A stretch of DNA of 64,000 bases, from the NCBI GenBank assembly GCA_965224245.1, contig OZ245046.1:3840001-3904000 (forward strand), read 5' to 3'. The stretch's first letter is position 1; every line of letters begins with the position of its first letter. Position numbers and translations under genes: made by a program. Origin of the DNA: Candidatus Eiseniibacteriota bacterium. Lineage in GTDB: Bacteria > Eisenbacteria > RBG-16-71-46 > CAZAMP01. The notes beneath the pieces were generated by a model that saw nothing but the letters and a program-made list of their open reading frames with translations, was not told the origin of the DNA and ran no database searches. This document shows, piece by piece, positions 62,001 to 64,000 of this stretch.

Positions 62001-62374
62001 GCACGATCGTGATGGATCGCGGCCACGTCGAACGCGCCCACCCGCTCGTCCGGGAGAGCCTGGAGATCAAGCACCGGATGGGGGATGTCCGCGGCGTATT
62101 CCACGCCCTGGAGTCGATGGGAGCGCTCGCCCTGCGGCTGGGTCGGCCCGAGCGGGGCGTCACGATCATCGCCGCCGCGACCGCGCTGCGCGAGAAGCTG
62201 GGGATGCCGGTGAACTCGTCGCAGGCGGAGGCCCGCGAGCGGGAGCTGACGAACGCCGGGTCGCAGCTCGAGCCCGACGCGTTCGACCGGGCGTGGCGGC
62301 GTGGCCAGGAGATGACCGCCGACGAGGCGGTGCGCTTCACGCTCGAGGACGACGCACCGCCCGCGTCGGCGTGA
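59090..62374 (+). CDS. Hanks-type Ser/Thr kinase fused to STAND (NB-ARC-like) ATPase and TPR repeats
   Basis: GRGGMG, VAIK, HRDLKPGN, DFG, GTPGYVSPE; GPGGAGKS, LILDNCEH, LDGIPLAIELAAAR; C-terminal TPRs. Confidence 0.93.
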   Translation: MSHARRDRVEALFQRAADLPASRRASFLESETGDDVGLRHAVEELLEHMEAAGTDFLRTLVARHADALGRDRVDDEPPPARLGVYEVRGEIGRGGMGVVYRAHDPRLARDVAIKVVPSALARDPEWQARIRREARLLASVNHPNIATIHSLEESGGASFITMELLEGDLLATAIASGTLTLDRTLAIADQLAAALEAAHRRDVAHRDLKPGNVILTREGLVKVLDFGLATLVRAPSAGADEPISGTPGYVSPEQLEGARGDHRADIWAFGCVLYECLSGRQAFAADSLPDQLARTLRSEPDWTALPSGLSERFLNVLRRCLVKSPDERVDSIAIVRREVEEEIARRSRPAGVDAHELRDSDVPNNIPLSLTSFVGRTRELDALGALLGDHPLVTLVGPGGAGKSRLAIEVARRRLADFPDGVWLVELAAVSGGTPSAGAAAVERAVAATLDVRDDAGEDSMRAISRFLSSKRALLILDNCEHVVDAAAAFVSALGRTAEPLTILATSREALGVTGEIPHVVSPMREGAIELFIERAAALSPGFTLDEGNREAIASICDRLDGIPLAIELAAARTRVLPPSAIAARLDDRFRLLTAGSRTALPRHRTLRALIDWSYDQLDENERLFLTRLSVFAGGWTLDAAEAVCAGGGIEPWEALDLLSRLLDKSLAEMVPSDEPNARVRYRMLETVRAYAREKLEIVAPVVEAHATYFASVAAQADAALSGPDQADWLERLDHDYENFRLAIEMGTPTRPEGGAPVAPETLRMAATLVQFSLMRGRWIEGRRLGEEVLARPGVGDVRDEPYGMLVHRLGALAQNQGDRPAAHAWFDEALEIWDTLGIEKAKAGILNNKGLLALGAGEYDEAGRLFEAALAVNRRIGNRDWEATNLNNLSLVCSESDRHDTAVAYLEEALAIGRELGNTYYVATFIDNLANARGTLGELAEAQALHEEGLELNRRIGNLQGVATSLLNLGTIVMDRGHVERAHPLVRESLEIKHRMGDVRGVFHALESMGALALRLGRPERGVTIIAAATALREKLGMPVNSSQAEARERELTNAGSQLEPDAFDRAWRRGQEMTADEAVRFTLEDDAPPASA

Positions 62375-62410
62375 TCCTCCGGCGACCGGTGCGACGCGCG
62401 GCGCCGCGCC

Positions 62411-62827
62411 TCAGATCCGACCGAGCTGCCGAAGAAGCCCGATGCCGTCCCACTCGCCCCAGCGTTCGGTGATGCGATCGTCGCGGATGCGAACGATCTC
62501 GATCCCCGCGAAGGTCACGACGTTGCCGGACGCCGGGGCTCCCAGGTACGAGCCGCGGTGCGTGCCGGTCGCGACCCAGCGCACGGCGACCGTTCCGGAG
62601 AGAGCATCCACGACGAGATCCTCGACGACGGCCGAGAAGTCCGGGAACGCGGCGTGCAGCTCCTCGATCCCTCGCCGGAACCCGTCGTTCCCGGGATCGC
62701 GACCCGCCGGGGCGTGATCCACGAAGTCGGGCGCATGGAGCTCGTCCACGACCGCGGGGTTGCCGTTCCGCCACCCCTCCTCGATCCAGCGGAGCGTGAT
62801 CCGGCGCAGTCGATCGGAGCGGGTCAC
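62411..62827 (-). CDS. SnoaL-like ester cyclase
   Basis: AFPD, RWVATGTHRG..GAPASG and ITERWG motifs. Confidence 0.9.
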   Translation of the reverse strand: MTRSDRLRRITLRWIEEGWRNGNPAVVDELHAPDFVDHAPAGRDPGNDGFRRGIEELHAAFPDFSAVVEDLVVDALSGTVAVRWVATGTHRGSYLGAPASGNVVTFAGIEIVRIRDDRITERWGEWDGIGLLRQLGRI

Positions 62828-63405
62828 GAGGCCTCCTCGTCGTCGGCCCGAGGGAGGCGATTCGCGGCGCCGATGGCACCGAGCTCACCCTCGGTCAGGT
62901 CGTAGACCGACAGCACCGACAGGATGAACGTCGTCTTGCCGTCCACGTACGCATCGATGTCGTCGGGGTAGGCTCGGGCCAGACGCTGCTTCACTCGTGC
63001 GTACGCCTCGGCATCGTCGGGGTGTGCACGCAGGTGGTCTCGAAACGTCAGATGGTTGCGCAGCCCCAGGCTGCCCCGTGGACACACGTAGAGATGGTGC
63101 GGCGGTGAGCCCTCGGGACGCTGGAACGCCTCACGACCGGTGATCCCCAGGTCACCGAGGTGCCGATACCCGATCGTCGCGAGTCGTTCGATGGTACGAG
63201 GCACGTCGTCCTCGGTGTCGACGACGGCGCTCATGTCGATGATGGGCTTCGCGGCCAGTCCGGGCACCGACGTGCTCCCCACGTGCTCGACCGCGTGCGG
63301 GAGGTCGCCGAGGGCCGTCGAGACGCGCGCCGCGAGCGCCTCGAACAGACGCGGCCAGGCCGGATCGTACTCGACGACGCGGATGCCTCCGGGCCCGTCG
63401 ATCAT
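62824..63405 (-). CDS. GrpB/UPF0157 nucleotidyltransferase-fold protein
   Basis: YDPAWP, EHVGSTSVPGLAAKPIID, FRDHLR and YVDGK motifs. Confidence 0.92.
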   Translation of the reverse strand: MIDGPGGIRVVEYDPAWPRLFEALAARVSTALGDLPHAVEHVGSTSVPGLAAKPIIDMSAVVDTEDDVPRTIERLATIGYRHLGDLGITGREAFQRPEGSPPHHLYVCPRGSLGLRNHLTFRDHLRAHPDDAEAYARVKQRLARAYPDDIDAYVDGKTTFILSVLSVYDLTEGELGAIGAANRLPRADDEEAS

Positions 63406-64000
63406 GGCGTGCCTTCCTCCCCTTCCGGCGCCAGCGCGTCCAGCTCGGCCACGAGCGGCGCCATCGCCTCGACGAGGACACCCGCATCGGTCGGCCGATC
63501 GCGCATCGCGTACACGCGATCGGCCGCCTCGATCGCGGCGTGCCAGCGGCTCGGCAGATGCTCGAGCGCCCAGCGACCGGCCGCACGCTTGGACGTCACG
63601 ACGTCGCGCGTCCGTCGGCTGTAGACGATCCGGCACGCGTTCAGGATCACGAACGCCGTGTAGCCGGGATCGGTTCGGCGCTCGGAGACGACGCTCTCCA
63701 GAAACGCGACCTCCTGGCGCAGACCTTCCCGGAGCTCGCTCCACGACGGAGGGCAGAGGAGGCTCGCGGGCGCGGACCCGGCGAGGATGACGACTCTCCC
63801 GGCGAGCCAGTGCGCCCGGTGGAGCGCCCACGCGCGGTCCACGATGTCGGGCTCGAGCACGTGTGACGGCGGGACGGATCCGCGAGCGGCGCTCTCGGTG
63901 ATGGTCCACGCATCCAGCTCGAGGCCCGCCGCCCGTTCGATACGCTCGTGAAGCGCGCGGATCTCGTTCCTCACCGCCTCGTCGCCCACGGAGGTCGCCG
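63402..64000 (-). CDS. Aminoglycoside adenylyltransferase-like protein (DUF4111 C-terminal domain); 5' end outside the window
   Basis: ILNACRI..SKRAAGRWAL..LP motif. ATGA coupling to the GrpB gene. Confidence 0.7.
   Translation of the reverse strand, partial: ATSVGDEAVRNEIRALHERIERAAGLELDAWTITESAARGSVPPSHVLEPDIVDRAWALHRAHWLAGRVVILAGSAPASLLCPPSWSELREGLRQEVAFLESVVSERRTDPGYTAFVILNACRIVYSRRTRDVVTSKRAAGRWALEHLPSRWHAAIEAADRVYAMRDRPTDAGVLVEAMAPLVAELDALAPEGEEGTP

Overview
This is a very GC-rich (roughly 70% by eye) bacterial chromosomal segment from a diderm organism. It encodes outer-membrane beta-barrels, lipoproteins, FlgD/T9SS-like C-terminal domains and C-terminal 'SWxx[IV]KxxY' motifs, which suggests (inference only) an FCB-related lineage such as Eisenbacteria, Krumholzibacteriota or Latescibacterota. 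About 50 CDS are supported, mostly housekeeping or accessory: an acyl-CoA carboxylase beta subunit, Hsp20, ltaE, queE-queD, addB-addA, an Omp28-like/TlpA/DUF6029-like operon, a flippase, TrmB plus an aspartyl protease, NDH-2, DegP, glycogen phosphorylase, PPK2, tricorn protease, pdxH, tag, ygiQ, deaD, a kinase-STAND-TPR protein and nucleotidyltransferases. A decayed patch at about 38.5-42.3 kb holds a frameshifted di-heme peroxidase, an IS481 fragment and an amber-interrupted DUF222-like/HNH gene. I found no rRNA, tRNA or CRISPR array. The most notable unexplained signals are a shared C-terminal putative sorting motif on two secreted proteins, beta-clamp-type motifs on an AAA_28-like kinase and on AddA, a 4x27-bp hairpin array beside an orphan terminator, a sigma54 promoter with candidate enhancer sites at hsp20, a TrmB palindrome over its own start codon, and a small ORF coupled to a radical SAM gene. 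All family assignments come from motif recognition by eye; no database searches were run.
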